This document shows positions 45,060 to 58,079 of a stretch of 64,000 bases of DNA, piece by piece. Position 1 is the stretch's first letter. Every line of letters starts with the position of its first letter. The position numbers were made by a program, and so were the translations under genes. Source of the DNA: Sphagnum compactum. Taxonomy: Eukaryota. The stretch lies in assembly GCA_965153455.1 (NCBI GenBank), contig OZ234493.1, forward strand, positions 25,472,213 through 25,536,212, in the 5' to 3' direction. The notes beneath the pieces were generated by a model that did not search any database, had not been told where the DNA came from, and worked only from the letters and a program-made list of their open reading frames with translations.

Positions 45060-47905
45060 TTGTGTTTCATTAGATTTTGAATGAACTTTTACAAATTTAC
45101 CTCGGTGAAAGTGACCAACCCTCTAATGAACATGGATCAATTATTGTGAACAAATGAATTCACTAATAACTAATCAGATTCATCAATAATTTATTCATTA
45201 ATAGTTAATCAAAGTCACTAGTAGTCAATTCATTAGTTAGTTTCTTAGTGCATAGCTAAACTATTTATGATGCGCTCCCAAGTTCCTTGTTAGACCCAAG
45301 TTGAATCCAAAGAAGTCAAATAGCGGAATTGTTTGGAACTTGGTGCACGCTCCCAGCTTCCAGCATTAAAAGGGGTAGAGGGGCGTGTTGAAGCTCCGGG
45401 ATTAGACTAGGGCGAGGGACAAGCTTTACTTAGTTACTCGAACCTGCATCAAACCAACCAACATGTTGGTTAGTTCACATTCGGAAGCACTTTCAGTGCT
45501 AGGACAAGCCACGGGCAACTCTGGACTCCCAAGACTCACCACGGCCCGGACTCGGGGGAAGCCACCACCTTCCCCCATATAGTATTCTCTGCGTTACTCC
45601 ATGGCACTTACATCCAAATGGCGTTTTTTCCCGGGATTCCCAAGGAGGAGTCCCAAAATTGTCCCGGTTTGGACTTCCGAGGCTCTGGGAGTTCATAACT
45701 CCTTGCTCAGACCTCCAATTGAGATGAGGTCCAAAGCAAACTTGTAGCTCTCCTCAAGAGCTTTCCAATGGTGTGTCGCACTCCACCTGCACACACTGGG
45801 GTCGGGTCGATTCCCGACTTTTAGTGGTCGGGAGTCAAATTGTTAATTTGACTCCCGACCCTTCTTTTGTTCATAACTTGTGCTGGAAATGGCCGAATGG
45901 TTCATACGAGGCCATTTTCGACATCTACACTTCAAAACCTTTTCAAGGGTATAAAGAACACCTCAAGGCGAGGTGTTTTGGCCCTTGCAATTGAACTCTA
46001 AATTTTCGGGAGTCCCGGAGAATTCCCAAGTCCCCATTTCGGGAATGTGAGTGTCATCCTCACACTCCTTCAAAGTGGGGTTGTGACAATTTAGGCTGAG
46101 GACCTATGTTAAACATTTTAAAACTTAGATCATTTACTTACGTTAAGTTAAGAACCTAAGCTAATTTAGCCCACCTAGCTTAAGTTAATAACCTAGCCCA
46201 TTAAGTTCACAAATTTAAAGTGAAAATGTGAAGATTTGAAACCTTCACCTCCCTTCACCTCCATGCTTTAGGTGCAAGTCCGTAACAATTAAACCACTCT
46301 TTAAATAAATCAAAATTATTATTTATCATGCCACATATTGTTATTGCACATTGTTTCATAACATACTTAGGTATCTACCCCATGTATTTTTCCTAGCTAC
46401 CTATGTTACCTTGTTTTTTTACCTTACATACCTAAATAACTTATGATACTAATAAACTAGGCTATTCATAATTACCATAGGTTAGGTTCTTGGGTTAATC
46501 TTAATTATTCATAAACTATGTGTAGTCTATGTTGTTTTTGCTATTTAATTAGGTTATTCCACTTTTAATACAATTATATTTTAAGTTATTTGTTATTGTT
46601 TTAGGCTAATCCACCCTAGGTTATTTTGAGTTAGTTTTTGGTTATTTTTGGATATTCCACCTTAAATTAATATAATATTAAACTCAATGTTATTCTAGGT
46701 TATTTTATGTCACTTACATTACATTATTATTTTTATATTCTAGGCTATTATAACCTAGGGTAAAATAACTTAAAATTTGATAGTATATATTTATTACATA
46801 TGCATATGTGGTGCAATTTTAATGGCATGTTAATATCACAACTTATGTTTTATGACTAATATGGATGTTGAGAAATCTAGATTAAATGATCAAATGTTTT
46901 AATTTCAAATTTTGGTTTGAACAAAAAGACCTTTGAAGTTAAACAAATGTTTTGTGAAACATGTTTATTTTCACAAAACACCCTAAAATTTCATAACACA
47001 AACTCTTTGAAGTTTAATTTTTTTGTAATAATAAATGACTATTAAATGAATGTCATCACATTCACAAATCTTTTATGACATTTAAATACGATGAAATGTA
47101 TATGGAATCAAAAACAAAATTATATTTTGTAGTACAATAAACTAGACCTTAAAATACTTAACATGTTTTAACATGATTTGAAATTGTGACCATTTTTCAA
47201 GACAAAACACAAAAATGGGAAAATTTTGTACACTTTTAAAAATTTATATTTCTTAAAACATATCAACATAAAATTTGTGATATATTGGGGAATTTATAAA
47301 TATTTTTAGTAACAAGTTGTAAAATAACCAAAATTCCTTTCTATGACAAATGTTTTTGTAAAAAATTTAAAAAAATTGAAAACAAAAAAACACATTGATT
47401 TGTGAAAATGTGGTTAAGGTATAACCTAAGGTATGACCATATATATCTTAAAATAACCCAAGGAAGAACCTAAAGTAAAATAATATTCAATAGATTATAA
47501 TAACCTAAGGTATAATGACATAAAATAATATAAAATTAATTTAAAGTGCAACTTATAATAATTTAAGCTAAAGAAAAAAAACCTAAGGCATAATTTAAAT
47601 AACCTAAAACATAATAACTTATAATTTAAAATATAACCTAAAATAACCTAGGGCATAGTTTAGGGTACAATAACATAAAAGTGGTATAACTTAATGTATT
47701 TAAAAGAACTTTTAAAAAACTCATTTATTGTAATGAATTATTTCAATTAGCATTAAATTATGTTAATTAATAGTGAAACATGTTGATTACATAGTGACTT
47801 TATAATAACAAAACTTTAACCAAGATGAAAAGATTAGGACCTAAGGTGAACATGTTTCATTTTTAAGGTTCTGTAATGATTTAAGTTAATGAATTACACC
47901 CCATT
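45060..47905. mobile_element. Second degenerate copy of the CACTA family at 32804-35410, interrupted by a solo LTR
   Basis: 45095-45150 resembles 33025-33085. 47850-47905 (ttttaaggtt..gatttaag..gaattacaccccatt) resembles 35350-35400. Similar ggttatt/acctaagg interior. Confidence 0.5.
45268..46088. mobile_element. Solo LTR (821 bp) with 5-bp TSD
   Basis: TG...CA termini with short inverted ends (tgatgcg / ttgtgaca), perfect ATTTA duplication on both sides, and a GC-rich block in AT-rich DNA. Confidence 0.88.
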
Positions 47906-50900
47906 TCAACATTAATGTTTAATGCTGAATTACACCCCAAAATCTCATGCAAAAAAATGAACAAAACCAATGTTTAAACAAATTGAATAATAGAATCAAA
48001 CTAGCTTCATGCTTTTGGGGATTCAAAATACGATTCATTTGCAAATTCACAAAAATCCAAACCCAAAATACAAAATGGGAATACACAAATAATGTCCAAT
48101 AATGAAACTTAAATAAAAACACAAAAAAAACCATACAAATTTGTATGTCCTAAAATTTCAAATCACCAAAAATGATTTGAAAACACACACAAAGGATTAT
48201 ATCCCCAAACACAATACATTTCAAACCTTGTTCATACTTGAATTAGTTACAATAACCCATGTATGAAAATTGACCTAATCATGACATATTCAAGTAATTA
48301 ACATAACACACCTAACACAACAAATATTGTTCCATAACATGGATGCACTTATTATCTATGTCATAACCAATGTTGGTCAATTTTTAATTTTTCTTAACAC
48401 AATAGAATAATGTCAAGTTGTCATTTGCCATTCTATATCATAGGGTATCAAATTTTAAAATTTTAAAACACTAGTGGACTTGCTTGGTATCAACTTGCCA
48501 CTATAAAATATACACCCAACCAATGTGTTTTTTCCCCGTATGATATTAAAAACTAGGAAATGTTTTCCAAAAATTTAGCAAAATAATTGAATTTATGCTA
48601 AATATATATATTTCCCAAATTTTTTGGTTGAAAATGTCAACCCAAGAAAAATGTGCACCCAATCCACGGGCATTATTTTGGCAATATTCACCTATTTTGC
48701 AAAAGGGTTGGTTCCCCTAACTACTCAAGATTTTAAACACCACCTAACGATATGGAACTTCTTTTGATTATGTGGAAATGAAGGGGCTTCATGGCTCGCC
48801 CTTGAGAGTCCTCAATGTTGCACTAGCTCTTCACATGTATTTAATTTTCCAATTTTTGGTTGCATGCGTATTTGTGGGACTACTTGGGCTTCTCATCATG
48901 AAGTTACATAAGTTAGACAACTTCATTAAAAGGGGATAGATCGTAATATGGATTTGTATTCTTGGTGTGTGAATAAGCTCTTACAACTTGTGAAGATTTT
49001 GTTTGACAAATTTTTAAAGTATACAAGGCAAACCAAAGTTTTAAGGTTTAAAAATAAACTACCTAGATGGAACACATGTTTACATGGGCATGTATAGGTA
49101 AATTTGATAATCTACCTATAAATTCCAATTTAAATAAGGGTATGAAATAATCAAATTTGTATTAAGGAGTGATCCTTGAAATTTTAGATGTTAACCTTTC
49201 CAAAAATTATAATTATAGAATAAGGATTATGTTACTTCAAAAATATGATTATTTCATTAGTAACATATCAATTTAAACAATTGTAAAGTCAATTGTTTGA
49301 AATGACTTGTTTGAAAATCAAAACTAAGTATATCCATTTTGACTAAAACAAAAAAAAAACACGAAAATGAACAGTATGTTGGACATGTGGAGTATGTAAC
49401 ACCCATGTGGCATTGTTTGACCTAACTAATGTGATCAATTTGATTGGAATTAGTCATTTAAATGTACATGATTATAACGTTACTTTTGATGGCATGGTAA
49501 TTTAAAAGTAATACCAAATAATATATAGTTATTAAAAATTGGGAATAAATTAAATATATCATGTTTTCATTTTTTGTTTGTAATGCTTCACATAAAAATA
49601 AGAAATGGTGAAAAAATTGGAATATAAAAAAATGACATGTGAAAAGTTGGAATATCAAATTGAAATGATTTATTTTAATATAACACAAAAAAAGATAATT
49701 GATATACATGTGGAAATTGAAAAGAATTAATGTCTTTAAAGTTGAAACTTAATAATTTTTTAAAATAAAATTCAGAACATGTGAATTGTAGTTATGTAAA
49801 TTTTTTTTGAAGTGAAATTCATTTCAATTCACAATTTGAAAAAATAAATTTATTTTATTGTTATTTATAAAATTATTGTGGTTGATTGTTTTGCCCAAAT
49901 GAAAATATAAAACAATGTAATGGTTTGATGTTTGAAGTTTTAAAGGTTATAAAATTAGATAAAATAATAAATATTTTTATTTAAAATTAATGTAATAGGT
50001 TTTAGATTTTGAAATCATAAATGTCAAAGTAATTATGAAATTAAACTTTAATAATGATATTAAAGATGTACATGTCTAATCAATTATGAAAATATTTATT
50101 ATGTACTAAGGTTATAACCAATGTTGTGTGTGTGATGGTTTTTGATATACATTTCAAATGTGAATCTATAATTAGCATCTGTATAAATGTAAGTCTTAAA
50201 CAATGTAAAGTTATTTCATCATATGTAAAACATGAAGGAAGATATGGGGAATTGACAAACTAGGCAAAACCTTGTGATACTTGGATTTCTGAAAAGAAAA
50301 AAAAGAAGGAGAGAATGGTTGTGGGATTGTTGTGAAAAATAGGAATAGTTGTTGGTTTGTAAGCTAATTGGTGTTTGAAGAAGTTGTGTCATGTTTAGTT
50401 TAGTTATGCCCTAGTGAAGGTCCCCTTAAGGTATATGAATATAGAAGGAAAAGAAGAGGAGAAGGTGGTGGTAGGTTGGGGTGCTTGATGTTTTCTAAGG
50501 TTAAAATGTTGTTTTTGTTCAAATGCATTAGTAAGGGTATGTCAAAAAAAGTTTCATCAATGTAAAGTTCTCATTAAAATTTACGAAAAGAAAAATCAAC
50601 ATGTTAATCAAGGTGAAAAGGAACAAGGAAAAAATGGCTTAACTAACCTTAGTGCATAATAGATTATTCACAAAGACCCTTTGACAAATTCCAAGGGCTT
50701 TCGAAAACATGCCCCTATGTTAAGCAAACGAGGATCGTTGGAAATTGAATGTGTTTGTTATTTTGTTTCACATGTACTTAGCTAGATAATTGGGTCATTT
50801 TTCAATATCTTATGGGCGAAAAAAATAATGAATTTAATGTCATTAATGAAAATAGAAATTCATATGAGTTTAAAATATTATAACCTTAATGTCACCAGGA

Positions 50901-52056
50901 AAAACCCATTACACAGCAAAATGCATGACATGCCCTTACTTATTAGATCTCACATTTGTTTATATATATGCTCATGATCAATATAGTATAAATGCATACA
51001 CACAAACTTCAAACATGCAATGTGAGTTAGATGACAACTAAGGGCATTTAGTTTTTTAATCGTCTTATGACAAAATAAAAGTAAAAAGATATATGGTAGT
51101 GTTTCAATAAGTCTCTCTCTTGGGAAAGGTCAAGTTAAGGGGAACCTAGGGAGTTTGTGGGAGCTTGTGGAGTCGGTTTGACTTAAGGCTACACAAACCA
51201 TCTCCTTTTGTTTGGTTGTGCAAATTGAAATGATTAAAAGTTTGACTTGAGGAATCAAATTGTCATAATTTGATCTCGAAGCTCTTGCCCCTTTGGTTTG
51301 GTTGCGAGGAGTTAAAGGAACACTTGCCCAAATTGTTGCATTTCATGCTAGAACCAAGATTGGAAAATATTTTACCATTATACCACTTGACAAACCTAAT
51401 GTGCATTACTTGTTAACAATAAAATTTATACCTTTTTCACTATCGTCAATATAAAGTTTATTTATGTCCATTCATTTGAGTGGAAGATCAACAAACAACT
51501 AATTAAATAATTAACTTTGCCTTTTATGAACTTCAAACTAAAAAAACTTCCCTTTTTGAATATAGAATTCATTTAGATGATGCCTGCACTTCTATGGAAC
51601 ATACCCATCCATTGTCCTCTGCACACAAAATACTCCAAATGTCCCTCATACTTTTGGGTGAAGTCCAAAATTTCATGCTCAAATTTGGGAGAAAAAGTTG
51701 ACCAGTCAACATAGAAGCACTTAAAAATGGTTGAAAATAAACTCTAGAAATGATCAGCAATTCCAATGAACTTACTAACTAATAAAATCTTTTAAAATTA
51801 TTATTTAAAAACAATATTGAGATTTTTCTGTATGGGCGAGGCCTGGTGTTGGTATGGTGGAAAACATTATATTTCATAATGTTTGTACTTGTTGGAGGCC
51901 TGCTTTGATCATTTTGCCATGTAATGCCCTGCATGTCTCCAGGGCATTATTATACACATAAATCCCTCTCAGCCCAAAGCCAAAGCTGTGTGGGAAAAGC
52001 ATGACACCTGTTATCATTCTCAAGTCCCACTGACAAACCAACTAACCAACAACTAG

Positions 52057-52303
52057 ATCCACCCAAGTTCACACTCTATCTTGTATTTTAATCCACCCAT
52101 GTTCACACTCTAACTTGTATTTTAATCCACCCAAGTTCACACTCTATCTTGTATTTGAATCCACCCAAGTTCACACTCTAACTTGTATTTGAATCCACCA
52201 CCCAAGTTCACACTCTATCTTGTATTTTAATCCACCACCCAAGTTCACACTCTAACTTGTATTTCAATCCACCACCCAAGTTCACACTCTATCTTGTAAT
52301 TTA
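52057..52303. repeat. 34/37-bp minisatellite x7
   Basis: atccacc(acc)caagttcacactcta(t/a)cttgtattt.a repeated head to tail with no spacers. Confidence 0.95.
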
Positions 52304-52584
52304 ATTCATGGGACCAATTCATGCAGAAACAGCAGCCTCAGGACTCATTCAGAACTGCCTAATGAGTGAGAGCAATAATAGGTCCCCTTCAGAGAGCACA
52401 ACCTCCATTGAAAACCCCTCCATTTGTTTGTCTGTTTGTTGTTGGGCCAGATGGAATGAGCACCCTCCAACAACTTACCATGCAGGAGATGGATGGTGTG
52501 TGTGTTTGTGTGGAAAGGAAACAAATTTTTGTCATATTCCTGTCCCAGAGCTAACCAGTGAGCTGTGATGTACTAACTACTAAA

Positions 52585-52752
52585 GAGCATCTCCAGTGGT
52601 GCTTAGTATAATACCTACCACCCTGCAAAAATAATTTTCACATCCAAGTCTTAGTCACCTTTTTGCTGTTCTCCAACCCCACCCTTAAAAAGTGAAACTG
52701 GGATTGCAAATAGGTGGGAGACTACTAATAGCAACCCACCAAGACCAATCAA
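52585..52752 (+). mobile_element. Truncated family A Harbinger/Tourist-like MITE
   Basis: gagcatctccagtggtgcttagtat...ctgggattgcaaataggtgggagactactaatagcaacccacc..gaccaatcaaa matches the 5' half of 55865-56195. Confidence 0.8.
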
Positions 52753-52761
52753 AAACATGGA

Positions 52762-52975
52762 GCCTTGGGTGAACCCGCACCCACGTTGGAACCATGGTAA
52801 AAGTTCCAAAATCCATTTAAATTATTTCTAAATATTACAAATATCTCCTGCTTAGACTACTAAATCAGGGACTCCGAGTTCAAATCTAACATTTTTTTAG
52901 GCTTAATATTGCCACTAAGAGGCCTCACTAAAAAAAGGTAAAGGTACCAACATGGGTGCTGGTTCACCCTGGTCC
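52762..52975 (+). mobile_element. ~210-bp MITE (family B)
   Basis: TIR gggtgaacccgcacccacgttggaacc / ggtaccaacatgggtgctggttcaccc; second copy at 12195-12391. Confidence 0.75.
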
Positions 52976-53630
52976 AAAATGGAGGCCCTAGCCCTATAGG
53001 ATTTAAACAAGAGCGCCAATAAACCACATCCAAGTATAAATTTGTATAAATTTTTTCATCCCGTATGAAGATCTCGTCCATCTTTTATGATCTAGTAAAA
53101 TATTATTACACCTTGGTCAAAAACTAGATGTAGGTTTATTTTTGTGCATGTTTTCTGTGAGAGAATGGATGTTTTCTGTCGATTGTTGCCTCTATGCCAT
53201 TTTCACTTCCTCAAGATTCGAGGTTTGTATTCTCTCTCTCTCTTACCACGCACATGGACCCTGGTGGTGGCGGTGAACGCCAGCATCTTTTCTTTTAGAT
53301 GCGTTTCTGATTCTGGCGCAGGAGTGGCGATCGTTTGCGTTGCGCACATATAGTAGCCACCAGCGAACGCTGGCCTGCTGCCCTCCGCCTGCCCAGGTTT
53401 TCTCCCAACAACTGCCCAACCAGATGCAATTTTTTTTCAGATTTTAAAATATAAAATGATTACAAAAGTTAACATTTCGTGGTGGTGTATACTATTTTAT
53501 CAAAAAATATATATTTTTTTCAAAATTGGCTAGCAACAAGAATTATTTGAAATATTTTGAGAATATTTATGTTCATAGTGGAATGTTGAAAATTGATCAA
53601 TAGAAGAATATTTGCACTATAGCTACAAAA

Positions 53631-54400
53631 ATATTGGAAATCTTTGTTTGAATAAAATTAACTCAGTTTTTTTTTGGGGGAGAATTGGTTCTTTTAGTGT
53701 TAATCTGAAAAAAATAAAAAAATCGAAAACTTCACTACCTATCAGATTGAAAATAAAAGCACATGACAAAATAGTCCCTCAATTTTTTTAAAAATGCATT
53801 TTTTTGATCCAATCCTTGCTTTCATTTTTTGGCCTTTTTCTTATAGCCTACTAGGGTTAATTTGAGGTTAAAAAGTCTAAGTGCCATTTTAAGAATTTAG
53901 TTGAAGCATTTATTTTGAATTTTTTGAATTTTTAATTGATTTGGAAATATTGGAAATCTTTGTTCTTTATTTGAATAAAATTAAGCCAATTTTTTCTTAG
54001 GGAGAACTGGTTCTTTTAGTGTTAATCTGGAAAAATAAATTTCAAAAACTTTAGAAAACTTCACTACTTAAAGTTTTGAAACCACCAAATTGAAAATAAA
54101 AACACTTATTGAAATCATTGATCACTCAATTTTTTTTAAATGCATTTTTTTTCAATCCTTGCTTTCAATTTTTGATTTTTTCGTTTAGTTTTTCTCTGGT
54201 CTACTAGGATTATAATTTATCCCTATAAAATGGCAGTTTATTGAAATTTATTGTCAATGAAATTTGATGAAAATGAGGATTATCAAATTAATTAAGAATT
54301 AAAACATTAGTGGATGATTAAGAAGTTAATTTGAAATTTAAAAGTCTAAGTGTCATTTGAAAATTTTAGTTAAAGCTTTATTTGTTTTTGAAGTTTTTGA
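53631..54400. repeat. Imperfect ~320-bp tandem duplication upstream of the glycosyltransferase gene
   Basis: atattggaaatctttgtt..gaataaaattaa..ggagaa.tggttcttttagtgttaatctg occurs at 53631 and ~53948; aaaagtctaagtg.cattt also occurs twice. Confidence 0.8.
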
Positions 54401-55043
54401 TTCTTTAATTGTTTTGTTAATAATCGAGGTAGAAAAGAAAAAATTGAGAAAAAGAAGGGAAAAATAAGGGCGAGAGGGCGAGGGGCGGAGGGGAGGATTT
54501 CGGGCAGGGCGGAGGAATCGTAGGAGGAGTGGCGGACGAGCTCCTCCAGAGAAGGCGAAAGTAGAAATTTTCGCTGTCACGGTTCGCCAGCGGAGAGGAC
54601 TTACGCCGACGATTTGCGCCGTGGGTCTTTGCGAAAACGAAGCCGTACGCCTTCATGTGCGCGGGCCTTCTCTTTGTGCCATTTCTCTCTTGCAATCAAG
54701 CTTGGAGCTTTTGGTTTTCTGTCTCTTGCTTCTTGGCCTGAGCAGCAGCTCCTATGAGAAGAGACAAAATTGGGTTTGTTGGGGGTGTAATAGCCCCGGA
54801 TGATGTCTCCACCTTCGAGAAGGGATGTGAGGAGGAGGAGGAGGAGGAGGATCCATGAAATGTTGCTATTTTGATGTCTAAGATACCCGAAGCCCATTTT
54901 GTTTTGGGCTTTGAAGAAGTGATCATTTGTTTTCATGAAGCTGATTTGGGTTTTGTTGTAGAGTCATCGGTTTTGTTGTTAGCTCCCGCTGCTGCAACAA
55001 CTGGGTTGTCTTTTTTTTCTTTTCTTCTTTCGGTGGGAGAGAA

Positions 55044-57103
55044 ATGCACGGTGAGAGTAGGAGGTTGTTAGGGCGAGATATTGTTTCAGAGGAGAAAGTG
55101 GCGGTGGGAGGACCAGTAGCAGTTGTGACAGGAAGGACGGGAGGAGGAGGAACAACGACAGGGAGAACAACACAAGGAGTGAAGCGAGAATGGCTCCCCT
55201 CATTCAAGCTCAGCAGTTTGCTTTTCTTTTGTGTGTTTCTTGGAGCTGGAGTGCTGGGGGGAGTGGTGGAGAGTCTTCATATGATGGGGTTTCTCAAGAC
55301 ACAGGGACTCTACTTCAGTCATTTCTATAGTGCAATGCCAGAGAGTAATGTGATCAGCAGGACAAGATATGAGGTCTCGTTGCCCAAAGATATGCCAGAT
55401 GAACAGCTTCTGTGGAGAGCATCAATGGCACCCATGCGACCTGGCAATCCCTTTGGAGGAACCCCTAAAATAGCCTTCATGTTCTTGTGTGTGGGACCCT
55501 TGCCGCTTGCTCCTGTCTGGGAACAATTCTTTCTAGGTCATCGAGGTTTGTACTCCATCTATGTCCATGCACACCCCGACTTTGTGCCCGAGATACAGCC
55601 TTCATCAGTGTTCTACGGGCGCCATGTTTCAAGCCAGGTGGGTGGGTGGGTGGGTAGGGTTCATCAACAAAGGAGAAAATTCACCATGCTTTCTTGAGGA
55701 TCAGTATTGTGGAAAAATTGCAAACCCTGAAAATTTCAGAATTCTGGTTCTCTAGATTATTGCTACCAGCAATTGATACATAATACGCATATGCACAATT
55801 GTGTTGTTTATGTGTTTATGTGTGTGTGTGTAGTAGACAACAGCACATCATGTGTTTGCCCTAAGAGCATCTCCAGCAGTGCTCAGTATGTGACCCTGCA
55901 AAAAGATTTCTCACATCCAAGTTTAGTTATTTACTTTTCTCCAACCCCACCCATAAACTAGATCTGGGACTGCAAATAGGTGGGAGACTACTAATAGCTA
56001 CCCACCAGGACCAATCAAACTATCCAGCCAATCAGCAGCAGCTGTTAGGTGTTGCTGTGCCTTTTACCAGCCTAATCAAACTGTGCAAAAATGCTGGCTC
56101 ATAACCATCTTGCTGAGCCAAACCAGCATGTTTTGACTTTTCTTCATCCAATTTTAATTTGCAGGCTCACATACTGAGCACCAGTGGAGTTGCTCTCAGT
56201 CTACCATAGAAAATCTTGGTAGAGGAAGAGTGGATGCAGCAGCTGCTGCTTCTGCCAATCATCTTGACTGAATGTCACTCCAGTATGTAGATTTCTGTGT
56301 GTTGATTCCATTAAGGCTCACATTGGAAGATTGTTATCTCTCCTGGTCTCAGTCCTCAATTTTGAAGCCAAACTCTATCTAGCATCGTTGTCTACTACTG
56401 CATCTTGACTGTTAGTCCCTGATGTGCGGTTTTTAATCCATCATGTGCTGCTGTTGTGTAATGTGGAATGCAGGAGGTGATATGGGGTGATGTCTCGATT
56501 GTAGATGCAGAAAGGCGGCTGTTGGGTAATGCATTGTTGGATCTCTCAAATGAAAGATTTATCCTTCTTTCCGAAACTTGTGCACCAGTTTTCAACTTCA
56601 CTTTCACATATGAGTACCTGACAAAAGCACCACAGAGCTTTACAGCAGCATATGATGACCCAGGGCCATATGGTCGTGGGAGATATCTCCCAGGTATGTT
56701 GCCAGAAATCTCGATTGACCAGTGGCGAAAAGGGGACCAGTGGTTTGAAGTGAAACGCAAACATGCCATTGCGATTGTTGCAGATATCAAGTATTATCCT
56801 AAGCTGCGGGATTATTGCAAGCCCCATTGCTATATCGATGAGCATTACATTCCAACGATGTTATCTATAGAGTTCACAGCGGAGCTTGCAAATAGGAGTC
56901 TGACATATGTGGACTGGTCGAGGGGAGGGTCCCATCCAGCCATGTTTGGTAAGGAGGATGTCACGGTGGACTTTCTCACTCAAATCAGAAGTGGCTGCAA
57001 TTGTCCTGATATTGGGCAACCAGGCCGTGCGTGCCACCTATTTGCTAGAAAATTCTCACCAGGGTGTTTGGAATCACTATTGAAGCATTCTTTCTTCCCT
57101 TAA
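55044..57103 (+). CDS. Core-2/I-branching beta-1,6-GlcNAc-transferase family (DUF266, GT14-like, BC10-like) glycosyltransferase, 407 aa
   Basis: Exon 1 55044-55637 (CAG|GT) and exon 2 56474-57103 (cag|GAG), phase 0. N-terminal TM helix. Motifs [92 protein letters not shown]. Confidence 0.93.
55865..56195 (+). mobile_element. Intact family A Harbinger/Tourist-like MITE (331 bp) in the glycosyltransferase intron
   Basis: ~38-bp TIRs GAGCATCTCCAGCAGTGCTCAGTATGTGACCCTGCAAA / TTTGCAGGCTCACATACTGAGCACCAGTGGAGTTGCTC, flanks taa/tca. Confidence 0.85.
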
Positions 57104-57982
57104 TTTTATGGGTTTGTATGTCCTTCTCATCTGTGTCTGCTCAAAATGGGGTCACCACCAGGCCGTTCCTTTTTTGCTAATGTATCTTTCGGAAATTGTT
57201 GTAGATGATTTTGGAATCAATGTACAATGCCATCCAGTGTGGTTTCCATTTTACCCAGTTGGTGACTGAGAAATCATCAACTGAGTTTTGTAGTTTGATC
57301 CATGTTTTTGAAAGTTCCATACCTGAACTGATTACGTCTATGTGAAAAGTTGGCACCCTGAGCTTTTTGTAATTTTACACAACTAACCCAACTGATTCAG
57401 CCTGACATTCGTACCCATTCTTCTTGTTGCTGGAGGATATAAGGATACCTGAATTTTAAGCTTTATCATTGTTCCTTCAGTATCATGTTTGTCAAAGTTG
57501 TGTGCCTTGGTGTACAGCTTAAAGAAGAGCTTTTAAATCCTTGCTTCGTGTAATTAATTCAGACTGGTCTGATCCTTTTGAGGATTGGTTTGAGTAGACC
57601 TAGACTGAAACTTGGATCCACCAATTGGTAAAGCCAGAACTCAGACTTTCAAGTTTGTAGGAAACTGGGGTGGCCTGCAGACTGTAGACTCTTTCACCCT
57701 GCTGTCAGGTTTTAGGCTTAATGTGAGAGAGGCAGAGGAATTCAGGTTATGGGTTTTGTAATGCCAGGCTCTTCAGGAAGAAGTGAGCTGTGGATACCAT
57801 TTTTTCAAGGCAATTGATGCAAATTTCAACCTACACATTCAATGCAAGAACTGGAGAGATGTAGTCCAAGTCTGCCAGGGAACTTTGGTGGGACAGTACA
57901 CAGTACCCAAATCATGAACCTTTCTATTGGGGGAGTGTTGACGTAAAGGTAAAGAATAGAGCTTAGCTTAGCCGCTCGACAA

Positions 57983-58079
57983 AATCTCAGCAGACATTTG
58001 GGTGGTTGTGTAAGAAAGTTTGAACTGGCAATCTGAGCAGACATTTGGGTGGTTATGTAAGAAAGTTTGAAGTGGCAAT
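57983..58079. repeat. 47-bp tandem duplication
   Basis: aatct.agcagacatttgggtggtt.tgtaagaaagtttgaa.tggc occurs twice. Confidence 0.9.

Noticed and set aside
45499..45994. Short ORFs in the GC-rich block
   Set aside because: They lie inside the solo LTR and show no protein motifs.
52057..52303. CRISPR-like appearance of the 34-37-bp repeats (also 12532-12749, 22070-22395, 40932-41108)
   Set aside because: Repeats are head to tail with no unique spacers, there are no cas genes, and the context is eukaryotic.
54353..55207. Cluster of minus-strand ORFs
   Set aside because: Shadow frames of the GC-rich leader and exon 1 of the glycosyltransferase; no domain evidence.
56395..56845. Antisense ORFs (131 aa, 99 aa)
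   Set aside because: Shadows of glycosyltransferase exon 2.
57925..57945. ttgggggagtgttga resembling a copia PPT plus LTR start
   Set aside because: No recognisable pol sequence upstream and no LTR end or TSD found.
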